Assembly: GCA_964558575.1 (NCBI GenBank)
Contig: CAZLEQ010000006.1
Coordinates: forward strand, 12,923-76,922
Direction: 5' to 3'
Length of the DNA: 64,000 nucleotides
From: an uncultured Acidimicrobiaceae bacterium
Lineage (GTDB): Bacteria > Actinomycetota > Acidimicrobiia > Spongiisociales > ZC4RG35
This document shows, piece after piece, positions 19,864 to 28,610 of the stretch. Both the position numbers and the translations under genes were made by a program. The stretch's first letter is position 1. The number at the start of each line of letters is the position of its first letter. Below the pieces are notes generated by a model. That model made no database searches and had not been told where the DNA came from. It saw only the letters and a list, made by a program, of their open reading frames with translations.

Positions 19864-20316
19864 GTGGTGACCTCACACCGTCAGTTCACGGGTGTGGTCG
19901 AGGCCGGGCGCGGGCTCGGAGCCGCGCGGATGGCAGACCCGGTCGTCCTTGTTCGTCTGGAGGACCTGCTGGGATTCCCTGTGGAACCAGGCACCCTCAA
20001 CCTCCGTCTCTCCATGCCCTGGGACCGTGCCCTCACCCCTTGGTATCTGGCAGCCGGAGAGATAGCCCCCGGATGGCGGGACCGAACCGCCCAGGCCGGA
20101 TACTTCTGGAGCCGGGTGCTGATTGCCGGCCGGTACCGGGGGGTGGTCGCCCAAGCAGACGAGCCCGGCTACCCGGACGACCTCGTTGAGTTGTTGTGTG
20201 AGGTCCACCTACGAGAGACGCTCGATCTAAAGGATGACGACGCGCTCGGCTTCGCTGTCGTGACCCATGGGAAGTCTCGCGATGGGCAGGCCCGAACACC
20301 TGATTCGGGCGCGTAA
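19864..20316 (+). CDS. DUF120 / CTP-dependent riboflavin kinase-like protein
   Basis: ORF 19783..20316. FTGVVEAGRGLGAARM...LLGFPVEPGTLNLRL resembles the archaeal-type RibK/DUF120 motif. Start uncertain (GTG 19864 or 19867). Confidence 0.45.
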   Translation: MVTSHRQFTGVVEAGRGLGAARMADPVVLVRLEDLLGFPVEPGTLNLRLSMPWDRALTPWYLAAGEIAPGWRDRTAQAGYFWSRVLIAGRYRGVVAQADEPGYPDDLVELLCEVHLRETLDLKDDDALGFAVVTHGKSRDGQARTPDSGA

Positions 20317-20385
20317 CGCACTGTTCCGAATGTGCTGAGGAACGGCACGTCGGCGCGCAGGTCCAGGGTTCGGATGAAACTGGTC

Positions 20386-20658
20386 TCAGGTCTGCTCTAC
20401 GACGGCTGCGTACCGCTGTTGGGCCGCTTGAGCCGACGTTCCGAGGATCTCACCGATCTTGTTCCAAGTGATGCCAGCTGAACGTGCCGCGGTGACCGCG
20501 TCGACAACTTCACGTTCGCTTCGGGCCCGGGCAAGGGCAGCACGTCGCAGCAGATACTCCTCAACAGGCACCTGATCGCCCGCGCCTGGTTCATAGTCCT
20601 CGAACCTCTTGGCGAGTTCGTCGGCTTGGTCGAGTATCTCTTGGATTGAGCGGGGCAT
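20386..20658 (-). CDS. hypothetical small protein with a C-terminal HTH-like segment
   Basis: ORF 20386..20730. Start set to MPRSIQEILDQADELAKRFE. C-terminal ...AGITWNKIGEILGTSAQAAQQRY looks like a helix-turn-helix. Confidence 0.5.
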   Translation of the reverse strand: MPRSIQEILDQADELAKRFEDYEPGAGDQVPVEEYLLRRAALARARSEREVVDAVTAARSAGITWNKIGEILGTSAQAAQQRYAAVVEQT

Positions 20659-20885
20659 TGATCTCACCTCAGGAACTTTTCTCGGGCGGGCACCGAAACC
20701 AGCACATATCACGCGCAAGAAGTCGGACACGACTCGGCGGCAACCATTCCTGGATCCGGTGCTCGACGTTCCCGCGCCCCGCGCCCATACGTGCCGTTCG
20801 CGAGCACTAGAGAAACAGGGCGTTACGCGCCGAGAACGAGTGGTCTGTGTGGTTGGACCGATAATCGAACCGGACTGCCAGTACG

Positions 20886-21566
20886 GTGGAGGATGTGATC
20901 ACGAGGTCGTCGCTGAGCCTTCCTCAAGGTGAGTTCTCGTACCTGGAGGAAGGTGACGGCGAGCCGGTTGTGTTACTTCATGCCCTGGGGAGAAGTGGCG
21001 CCGACTGGACAACTGTGATCGAGGCGATGTCCGATGGCTGGCGGTGCCTGGCGCTGGACCAGCGCGGCCACGGCGACAGCGTCCGCTGCGACGAGTACGC
21101 GTTCGAGTCGATGGAGCAGGACGTGCGTTCCTTCGTGGACGCGCTTGGGTTGGATCACTTCTTCCTGGTGGTCCATTCGATGGGAGGCACGGTCGGATGG
21201 CTGTTCGCTGAGAGGACACCCGAGCGGTTGCAGGGGTTGGTGGTCGAGGACACTCCACCCCCGTCCGATCGCCACGTCTACCCAGAAGTCTCCGACACGC
21301 CACCCGAACCAGTCAGCTACGACTGGGAGGCCCGCCGTCAGCTGTTCCGGCAGCTGAACTCCCCCGACCCCTCGTGGTGGGCTGATCTAGAAAAGGTCAC
21401 CGCGCCCACCCTCGTGATTGCCGGCTCAGCAAACGATGACGAGCTGAAGGAGGCAACTAGAAGGCTCCCGAACGGCAAGCTGATCACCATCGAAGCAGGC
21501 CACTGGATCCACGAAACCCAGCCCGAGGCGTTCGTGAAAACGATCCGGACCTTCCTTAAGAACTAG
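20886..21566 (+). CDS. alpha/beta hydrolase fold protein
   Basis: 226 aa. HALGRSGADW oxyanion region, nucleophile elbow VVHSMGG, C-terminal GHWIHETQPEAF. Confidence 0.85.
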   Translation: MEDVITRSSLSLPQGEFSYLEEGDGEPVVLLHALGRSGADWTTVIEAMSDGWRCLALDQRGHGDSVRCDEYAFESMEQDVRSFVDALGLDHFFLVVHSMGGTVGWLFAERTPERLQGLVVEDTPPPSDRHVYPEVSDTPPEPVSYDWEARRQLFRQLNSPDPSWWADLEKVTAPTLVIAGSANDDELKEATRRLPNGKLITIEAGHWIHETQPEAFVKTIRTFLKN

Positions 21567-21595
21567 AAACGATCCGGACCTTCCTTAAGAACTAG
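21538..21595 (+). repeat. perfect 29-bp tandem duplication spanning the hydrolase stop codon
   Basis: AAACGATCCGGACCTTCCTTAAGAACTAG occurs twice back to back (21538-21566 and 21567-21595). Confidence 0.95.
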
Positions 21596-21712
21596 ATCAG
21601 ACAATCCTGCAAATCGCAAGCCACCCCTTCCGAACGCTCACGACGTGCCGATCAAGAGCACTCCGGTCAATGCTCGTTCGTGCTCGGTATTGGGTGATCT
21701 GTGCCTCGTAGC

Positions 21713-22141
21713 ATGGTGGCGGTGCCCGGGACTGACCCTGTTGCCATCGTCGCGCTCGGATACGACCGGCTTGCTGCCTGGTGGGATACGTTCGCGGATG
21801 CGGTGACCCCTCGGCTCCGATAGCGGTATTTGGATTGGCTGGAAGCCCGCCTGGCTGACGGCTCTCAAGTTCTCGAGCTTGAGAGCGGAACGGGACGTCC
21901 CGTGGCCTCGAGGCTCGCCAGCGGCCACGACTAGCTGGGTGTCGACGTGTCGCCCGAGATGATCTCGATTGCGTGCAGGAACGTGCCCGGCGCCCGCTTT
22001 CTCACAGCCGACATGCGCAATCTGGATGTGCCGGCGGGAGAGTTCGATGCGGTGGTTGCCTTCTACTCGATCATCCACGTGCCGCGGGCAGACCAGCCTG
22101 GAGTGTTCCCAAAGACTCACCGTTGGCTCCGGCCCGGTTGT
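21713..22141 (+). pseudogene. class I SAM-dependent methyltransferase, two in-frame TAG codons and 3' truncation
   Basis: Reading from ATG 21713 in the frame of ORF 21947..22273 gives ...TPRLR*RYLDWL...VLELESGTGRPVASRLASGHD*LGVDVSPEMISIA...FDAVVAFYSIIHVP...WLRPG. TAG at 21821-21823 and 21932-21934. Homology ends near 22141. Confidence 0.7.
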
Positions 22142-22280
22142 TGTCGGAGGTCGGTCAGTTCCAGGGTTGTATTTCCATTTTGTCGAGGACGTTCCAGATG
22201 GCTGCAGTGTCTTCGCTGGAAGCGTCTTTTCCGATGGCGACTAGGACGTGGAAATAGCGATCTTGGTCGCTAAACCAGCC

Positions 22281-22349
22281 AGTGGGGCCCAAACCGACGA
22301 CGAGGAAGCAAAGACATCGCCGGAACAGCCCCTGACCAGGGGAAAGAAC
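22281..22349 (+). pseudogene. 3'-terminal remnant of a tyrosine integrase gene (element 1)
   Basis: SGAQTDDEEAKTSPEQPLTRGKNW parallels the C-terminus of the intact integrase (GAAQTDDEDSETSPENPLTRGKEW at 43240-43311). It has the same terminator hairpin and position next to an att copy. Confidence 0.7.
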
Positions 22350-22398
22350 TGGCAGTCCCGACCGGATTCGAACCGGCGTTTCCGGCTTGAAAGGCCGG
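22350..22398 (-). repeat. displaced copy B of the tRNA-Glu 3' segment (junction between elements 1 and 2)
   Basis: 49 nt identical to 43312-43360 except one base (GATTCGAA versus GATTTGAA). Confidence 0.9.
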
Positions 22399-22787
22399 GC
22401 CAGGGCGAAACGGAGCCTAACGACGATCAGCGCAAATAGCCGAAAAACAGTGTTGACCTGGGAGAATGCGCGGTCGTCCTTTCGCAGCATCTCGCGTCGT
22501 CTCACCCTCGTTTCCGTCCTCGTGCGGCCCAGGAGCGGCCCAAACCGCGAAGCACCACGGTTGATCCGACGCTGTGTGTCAGACATTCAGGTCCGGTGCT
22601 CCCACCCATGGACACTCCAGAGATCAGGGACGAGGTGTCGCCAGGTCTGATCTTCCGAAGACCACGACGAGCTCGCCGTTGGAGAGTTTCGCCGGTGGCC
22701 TATGCATGCGCTCTCCTTTCTTCCCGACCGCCGATAGAGATCGGCCGCGCCCTAGACGCATACGGCGGGCGCTCCGGTGACAGAAAA

Positions 22788-23885
22788 CTAACTAGGGAGG
22801 TGGCGCTCCCCCGGTCCCACATAGAGCGCGTCGGGCCTGACCAGGACATTGGCTTCTGCCTGTTCGAGACAGTGGGCGGTCCAGCCGGCGTGACGGGCCA
22901 CGGAGAAGGTGGCCGGGAAGAGGTGGGGAGAAAGACCGACGCCCTGGAGCACAGCCGCGGTGTAGTACTCGACGTTGGTCTTGATCACCAGGTCGGGCTT
23001 GTGCTCGGCCAGGAGCCGTAGGGCAATCTCCTCGACCGCTACCGCCTTCTCCAGCCAGTCGGCGACTCCGACGAGCCCCTCGGCCTCCCGGCGCAGAGCC
23101 GTGGCCCTGGGGTCGTATGCGCGGTAGACCCGATGACCGAAGCCCATCAGCCTCTCGCCTTTGGCCAGGGTCTCCCGGATCCATTGCTCTGCTTGGTCGA
23201 CCGTGCCCATCTCGTGAAGCTGGTCGACGACCTCCGAGGGGGCGCCGCCGTGCCAGGGACCCTTCAATGCCCCGATGGCGCCGACCACCGCCGAGGCGAT
23301 GTCGGAATGGGTGCTGATGACGACCCGTGCCGTGAATGTGGACGCGTTGAAGCCATGCTCCGCAGCGACGATGAAATAAGCGTCGAGGGCGTTCGCCGCT
23401 GCTTTGTCGGCCCGTTCACCGCTGAGCTGGTACAAGAAACCGGCCGCCAGATCCAGAGAAGGGTCCGGGTCGATCGGCTCGCTCCCGTCACGAAGCCGGG
23501 CGAAGGCGGCCAGGGCCGATGGGGCCACAGCCGTGACCGCACGGGCCTGCTCGACGGAGGGCGGCCAGGTTGTGCCCTCCTCGGCTCCCCAAACCGAGAT
23601 GGCGGTGCGCAACGCATCCATGCCCCCGGTTTCGGGTGGAAGAAGGCGCAGTGCCTCAACCACCCCATCGGAGAGAGAAGCGCAGGGCAGACGCGCCACC
23701 TCGGGCCATTCCCCGGTCCACAACAGCTCCGCTGCTTGGGCGTAGGTGCCGCGCTCGACGAGCTCGCCGATCGGGTAGCCGCGGTACAGGAGCCGTCCTC
23801 TCTCCCCGTCTACCAGCGCCAGAGCAGTCTCCCCGGCAATGACGCCTTTCAGTCCCGGCGAGTAGTCGCGTTCTTCTCCGCTCAT
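22788..23885 (-). CDS. citrate synthase family protein (small, CitA/GltA2-like)
   Basis: 365 aa. Motifs GPWHGGA, GFGHRVY and NVEYY. Confidence 0.88.
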   Translation of the reverse strand: MSGEERDYSPGLKGVIAGETALALVDGERGRLLYRGYPIGELVERGTYAQAAELLWTGEWPEVARLPCASLSDGVVEALRLLPPETGGMDALRTAISVWGAEEGTTWPPSVEQARAVTAVAPSALAAFARLRDGSEPIDPDPSLDLAAGFLYQLSGERADKAAANALDAYFIVAAEHGFNASTFTARVVISTHSDIASAVVGAIGALKGPWHGGAPSEVVDQLHEMGTVDQAEQWIRETLAKGERLMGFGHRVYRAYDPRATALRREAEGLVGVADWLEKAVAVEEIALRLLAEHKPDLVIKTNVEYYTAAVLQGVGLSPHLFPATFSVARHAGWTAHCLEQAEANVLVRPDALYVGPGERHLPS

Positions 23886-24217
23886 CCACGAAGCCTAAAC
23901 GTGAGCGGAACAACCCAGCAAGGTTCAGCGACCACGCATTGGGAGCATCAGAATGTCATGCATCCGTGGCTGCCCTAACGATGACTCAGTTGTTCCTGTT
24001 GGTGTTTCAGGACCGCCGCCAGCAGCGCTTCGGGATGTATCTCTTATGTCAAGGTGCCGGCGGTTTGTGGACAGGACTGGGATGGGCCACACCGTCTGGC
24101 GGGCAGGCTCTTATTAGGTCACACGGTCCGCCAAAGGGTGGTGGGGTCGACAGGTCATTGAGGACAGAGGCGGGTGGCCTCGTCAGCCGGTTTATAGGGT
24201 CAGACCCCACCAAAGGT

Positions 24218-25244
24218 TCATGCAGCCATGGTGAGGTGTTTGAAGACCTGTCGGGCGACGTAGCGTTTCAGGCATCGCATGATCTCGAAACTGTTGAGTC
24301 CTTCGGCGCGTCTCCGCGCCACGTAAGCCCGAGTCTCGGGGTGGTTGCTCATCCGGGTGAAGCGATCCGATGCAACGCCGAGTTGGCGTGACGGTCACCT
24401 CCCCGGTTGAGCGTCGGATGGTCTTGCCTGACGAAGCGGGGATCGGTGTCACTCCGCAGAGGTGGGCCCATGACCTCTCTGATCTGATTCTCTCCGGATT
24501 GTCGCCTGCTGTGACCAGGAGGGTGGCGGCTCCGTCTGGTCCGACCCCGTAGACGTCGAGGAGGTCTGGTGCGGTCTGTACGACGAGGTCTCTGAGCATC
24601 GAGTCGATGTCTCTCACCTCGCCGGTGAGAGCTCGGATCCTTCTCGCCAGGTTGCGGATCATCAAATTGGTCGTATACGTCACCGGGTCTGATGTCGGGT
24701 TTGGCCGCATTGCTGCTGCTCCTTTGACCAGTCCGATCTGTGGTCGGTCTTTGAACCGGACTCGGATGGGTTCGGGTGCTGTGAACACGAGATGCCGCAG
24801 CTGGGTCAGGCTCTGGCTCCGTTGCAACCGTGCCGACCGGCGAGCCACCAACAGGACACGCATCTGTTCCACGGGACCATTACGAAGCTTGGGGACCACC
24901 GCTGCTTCACCCGACAAGGCTGCTCGAGCTGCTGTCACCGCATCAGTCGGATCCGACTTTCCTTTCTTGCGTCGGACCTGACGGTTCTGCCGGTCAACCT
25001 CCACCACCTCGATGTCGGCTTCGGTGAGGAAACGCGCCAGACCCACTCCATACGAACCGGTTCCTTCGACACCAACCCTCCTCACCTCACCCAGCTCCGC
25101 TAGCCAAACCAGCAGGCCTCCGTAGCCCTCGTCACCGGCCGGAAACCGCTCCACATCCAGCACTCCGCCATTGGTATCCACCGCAGACGCCACATGAAAG
25201 TCGGCGTGAGTGTCCACACCACCAACCACTTCTACGATTCCCAT
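24218..25244 (-). pseudogene. IS110-family transposase with two frameshifts near the 3' end
   Basis: MGIVEVVGGVDTHADFHVA... is a DEDD N-terminus. After ...PASSGKTIRR the conserved sequence continues in a second frame (LNRGGDRHANSALHRIA). It then moves to a third frame (FTRMSNHPETRAYVARRRAEGLNSFEIMRCLKRYVARQVFKHL, stop 24218-24220). Shifts are near 24413 and 24363. Confidence 0.75.
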
Positions 25245-25399
25245 CGCCGCCCCTTTCTCTAAACACGGGGCAAAGGGGTGGCCGCACACCGGGACGGCGG
25301 AACGGACCCGACCGAATTGGGTCAATCAGTTCAACCGGAGATCCACCGCCCGACCGGTGGCGCCACCAAGGATCATCGCTCCCAGCCGGTTATGCAGTC

Positions 25400-26634
25400 T
25401 GAGCTTCCCCCGTTCTGATGGACATCTTTGTCCTGGGATAGCCTCCCGGGTGAAGGAAGCGAAAGCTCAAGTCAGATCGGTATCCACCCGAGTTCGGGCT
25501 CAGGTCGTTGCGTTGTATCGCGACGGGGTGTCGGCCAAGCAGTTGGCTGACCAGTTCGGGATTTCACCAACCAGCGTCACGAATTGGGCACGTCGTGCTC
25601 GTCTTGCCAGCGGCATCGACCCTGTTCAGGAGGCGCTGTCGGATAAGGAGGAGATTGCTCGGCTGCAGCGTCTTCTCAAACAGCGAGACGAAAAGCTGGA
25701 CACGTTGGGAAAAGCTGGCCTTCTTCGTCCGGAGGGCGGACCAGGAGTGATCTACGCTGGATCGAGGCGGAGAAGGCAACCAACGAGCGTCTGAATGTGG
25801 CCGCTGTTTGCCGTGTTCTCGGTGTGTCCCGGCAAGGCTTCTACGCGTGGCGCAACAGCCTCCACACCGAGTCGCCACGCCAGATAGCCAACCAGCAGCT
25901 GTTGGAGGAGATAAAGCCATCCACGACGATTCCCTGCCTACGGGTCACAAGGATCCGAGCGGTTCTTTGTCAGCGGGGCCAGCAGGTGGGTGTGAACCGG
26001 GTGGCTCGTCTCATGAGAGAACACGGAATCAAGGCTCTCCGAGGCCGGCGCAGAGCGAGGCCTCGATCAGCATCCCCTCGGCGTCGTCCCGAAGTCCCCG
26101 ACCTGGTGCAGAGACGGTTCAAGGCCGACTGGCCCAACCAGCTGTGGTGTGTCGACACCACTCAGATCCGTACCCGTCAGGGATGGCTATATGCGGTGGT
26201 CATCATCGACGTGTACAGCCGGAAGATCATCGCCTGGACTACGTCGAAACACCGCACCGGCAACCTCGCTCTCCACGCCCTCGACCAAGCTGTCAGAAGT
26301 CGTCGACCTCCTCAGGGTGGCATCGTCCACTCTGACCGTGGCTATCAGTTCACCTGTTGGGAATGGACTGCAGCGGTCGAAGCCGCTGGCCTGAGACCAT
26401 CGATCGGAAGGGTGGGAGCGGCCCACGACAACGCCCTCATCGAATCATGGTTCTCGCGTTCAAAAATGAAGCCGTGCACCCTCATCCCATGCCCACCACT
26501 CGAACCCAGGCCCAACGCGTTCTATTCGACCACATCAACTTCCACAACCAAAGGAGACACCACTCGGCCCTCGACTACACAAGCCCGACCAAATACGAAG
26601 ACCTCACGGTGTCCGCGTAAACGGGGGAAGCTCC
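25400..26634 (+). mobile_element. IS3-family insertion sequence (about 1.23 kb) with a 3-bp target duplication
   Basis: Terminal inverted repeats TGAGCTTCCCCCGTT (25400-25414) and AACGGGGGAAGCTC (26620-26633). GTC is present on both flanks (25397-25399 and 26635-26637). Confidence 0.8.
25450..26620 (+). pseudogene. IS3 transposase orfA/orfB with several extra frameshifts
   Basis: OrfA carries an HTH (QLADQFGISPTSVTNWARR). OrfB carries the DDE region (WCVDTTQI...IVHSDRGYQF...DNALIESWF). The conserved sequence hops frames near 25700, 25910-25960 and 26450, beyond the expected single programmed -1 shift. Confidence 0.7.
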
Positions 26635-26670
26635 GTCTTCAACGTGGATGTCCACTGGGAGGACCTCATC

Positions 26671-26928
26671 GACCTTGTCCCAGCCGTTAGGCAACGCATC
26701 GCAGAACTGGGAGGCAAGAGGACATGGTCCAGCCGATATCACTAGCTTCGGCTCCGGCGCATCCTCGTAGACCTGGCGGAGTGTCGGGGCTGTACCGTCG
26801 ACCTTGTCCCAGCCGTTAGGCAACGCATCGCAGAACTGGGAGGCAAGAGGACATGGTCCAGCCGATATCACTAGCTTCGGCTCCGGCGCATCCTCGTAGA
26901 CCTGGCGGAGTGTCGGGGCTGTACCGTC
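26671..26928 (-). repeat. perfect 129-bp tandem duplication (2 copies), in frame within NuoB-like copy 1
   Basis: 26671-26799 equals 26800-26928. It duplicates 43 aa (DGTAPTLRQVYEDAPEPKLVISAGPCPLASQFCDALPNGWDKV). Confidence 0.95.
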
Positions 26929-27320
26929 GATCACCCGCTCCGAGACGATGACCAGGTTCTCAATCTGAGGACCCAGGTCTGTAACAGTCTTGCGAAACCT
27001 GAGATAGTCGAACGTGCTCTCCTCGGTAGGTGTGGACCCACACCAGCAGGGGCCACATTGAAGGACCCAGATCCTGGCACTTGTCTCTTGGCGTTCGATC
27101 TCACCTCGTGCCATTCCATGAGTCTACGTTTCAACATGTCGAACCAGCGCCGGCCAACGTCACGGCTCTCTGACTTCGAGGGCAACACTGCCCGTCAAGG
27201 GCAAGGCTGCCGGAGATGCTGACCTGAGTAGGTCCCACAAACAGCCGCCCATGTAGACCAGGCTCTGACCAGCAGCAACAGGAGCCGGGAACACGGGGGA
27301 GCTCAGGGCAATCGGCTTTG

Positions 27321-28082
27321 TCAGTCGGCTTCGCTTCCTTCGTTGCCTCGGCGTTGGGATGAGGGTGGGGAGCCCCAGGTCGCAGTGAGAGCGTATCTGT
27401 CGCTGCGGATGATGCTGATGCGGTGTTCAATCGGTGTGGTTTCGGCGTGGACGGTGCGCAGGAGCCGAAACGCCAACTCTGATGGCGGTAGGTCGAGCAT
27501 GGTTCGGTCGTCGGGATCGGGGTCGAGGGGTTGGATCTGTTCGACACTCGAGGTTGGGATTATGCCCGCCATGGTGAGGCGGTCATAGAGAGATCCGGTG
27601 GTGAGATCTTCTCCGAGCAGAATCTGTCCGATGTGAGAGGGGAGCCATGATCTGTCGATGGCGATCGGCTCGTCCCCGGCATACCGGACTCGCATGATGT
27701 GGACGCATTCTTCCTCCGGAGCGAGGCCGAGATGTCGGGCCGCGTCCTCGGGGAGCGCGGTTATCACTGAGATCGGTACAGCGGACCGTTCGGCTAGGCC
27801 AGTGTCGGTGATCCACCCGGCCAGGCTATAAATCCTGGCGATGGAGTCGATGAGCGGGCGCTCGGTCACCCTGGTGCCGATGCCACGCCGGCGTTCCACA
27901 AGCCCGGAGCGTTCCAGGGCGGTTACGGCCTGACGAACTGTGGATCGGCTGACTTGATAAGCCGACATCAGCTCGGATTCAGTGGGGAAACCCTCGTCGA
28001 ATTCACCGCGAAGGAGTCTCGCCCGTAGTTCGGATTCGATCTGTGCCCACAATGGTGTCGGGCTTGCCCGATCGACCATCAC
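27321..28082 (-). CDS. GntR-family transcriptional regulator (HutC/UTRA subfamily)
   Basis: 253 aa. N-terminal wHTH (ESELMSAYQVSRSTVRQAVTALERSGLVERRRGIGTRV) plus a UTRA effector domain. Confidence 0.88.
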   Translation of the reverse strand: MMVDRASPTPLWAQIESELRARLLRGEFDEGFPTESELMSAYQVSRSTVRQAVTALERSGLVERRRGIGTRVTERPLIDSIARIYSLAGWITDTGLAERSAVPISVITALPEDAARHLGLAPEEECVHIMRVRYAGDEPIAIDRSWLPSHIGQILLGEDLTTGSLYDRLTMAGIIPTSSVEQIQPLDPDPDDRTMLDLPPSELAFRLLRTVHAETTPIEHRISIIRSDRYALTATWGSPPSSQRRGNEGSEAD

Positions 28083-28244
28083 TCACCCTTCTCCCAACAT
28101 CAACGACATAAGGAGGGTCAACAAGACAGCGATGGCAACCAGGATGAGTATCAGCGCCAGCACCCTATCAAGATCTGCATCCGGCACCCGGTTGAGGTAG
28201 GCACAGCGGGAGGGGGTTCGACCGATCGAGCGCAGGCGACGCAG

Positions 28245-28610
28245 TCATCCCTCACCAACCACGACTGAGGTGACCAGCACGCCAAGAACAACGATGGCAA
28301 TGGCGACGAATCGCAGGTCGCGTTCCCAGGCCCAGAGGACGATCAGTGTCAGCACTCGTAGGAGAGGCGTGATCGCCAGCACCAGCACACCAAGAGCCAT
28401 GATCGTCTCACCGGCGGTCTGGTGCCCCAGGTCGAACAATCGCACCGCCGGCGCGGTCCGCTCCCCCGCAGCGAAGCTCACAGCCAGCCCAATCGCCATG
28501 AGAGCGAATGCGATGGCCAGCCCGCCGCGGAGGACCAGTTGGATGCTGCGGCGGATCCACGCTTCCCGAAGCGTCACGTCGCCGCCAACGGACGGAAGGT
28601 CATCGCCCAA
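28245..28610 (-). CDS. DUF1634 membrane protein
   Basis: 121 aa, three TM segments. Overlaps the stop of the upstream TauE gene, the usual TauE/DUF1634 pairing. Confidence 0.7.
   Translation of the reverse strand: MGDDLPSVGGDVTLREAWIRRSIQLVLRGGLAIAFALMAIGLAVSFAAGERTAPAVRLFDLGHQTAGETIMALGVLVLAITPLLRVLTLIVLWAWERDLRFVAIAIVVLGVLVTSVVVGEG

Larger units (their letters stand above)
16684..22349. mobile_element. decayed integrative element 1 (distal member of the tandem array at tRNA-Glu)
   Basis: Bounded by att copies A and B. Its arm (16727-16900) is homologous to the arm of element 2 (22394-22570). Only a 3' integrase remnant is left at 22281-22349. Contains pseudogenes. Confidence 0.65.
25373..27114 (-). 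pseudogene. NuoB-like (complex I 20-kDa subunit family) protein, copy 1, disrupted by IS3
   Basis: ORF 26575..27114 is a paralog of 31147..31647. The reading frame is cut after ...LPVDIHVED by the IS3 at 25400-26634. It resumes at 25399 (CITGWER*). It also carries a 129-bp in-frame duplication. Confidence 0.7.

Noticed and set aside
22394-22450. Element arm sequence next to att copies A and B faintly resembles a tRNA 5' half (…GATCGTCGTTAGGCTCCGTTTCGCCCTGGCCCGGCCTTTCAAG). This raised the idea of pseudo-tRNAs.
   Set aside because: It cannot form an acceptor stem with the 3' segment, the D-arm region is about 8 nt too long, and the similarity is scattered. It is better explained as attP arm DNA.
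22624-22707. 27-aa minus-strand ORF (MHRPPAKLSNGELVVVFGRSDLATPRP) with a well-spaced AAGGAG Shine-Dalgarno at the distal end of element 2.
   Set aside because: It is too short, has no recognisable family, and the sequence after the stop does not continue a homologous frame. It is recorded only as a possible gene remnant.
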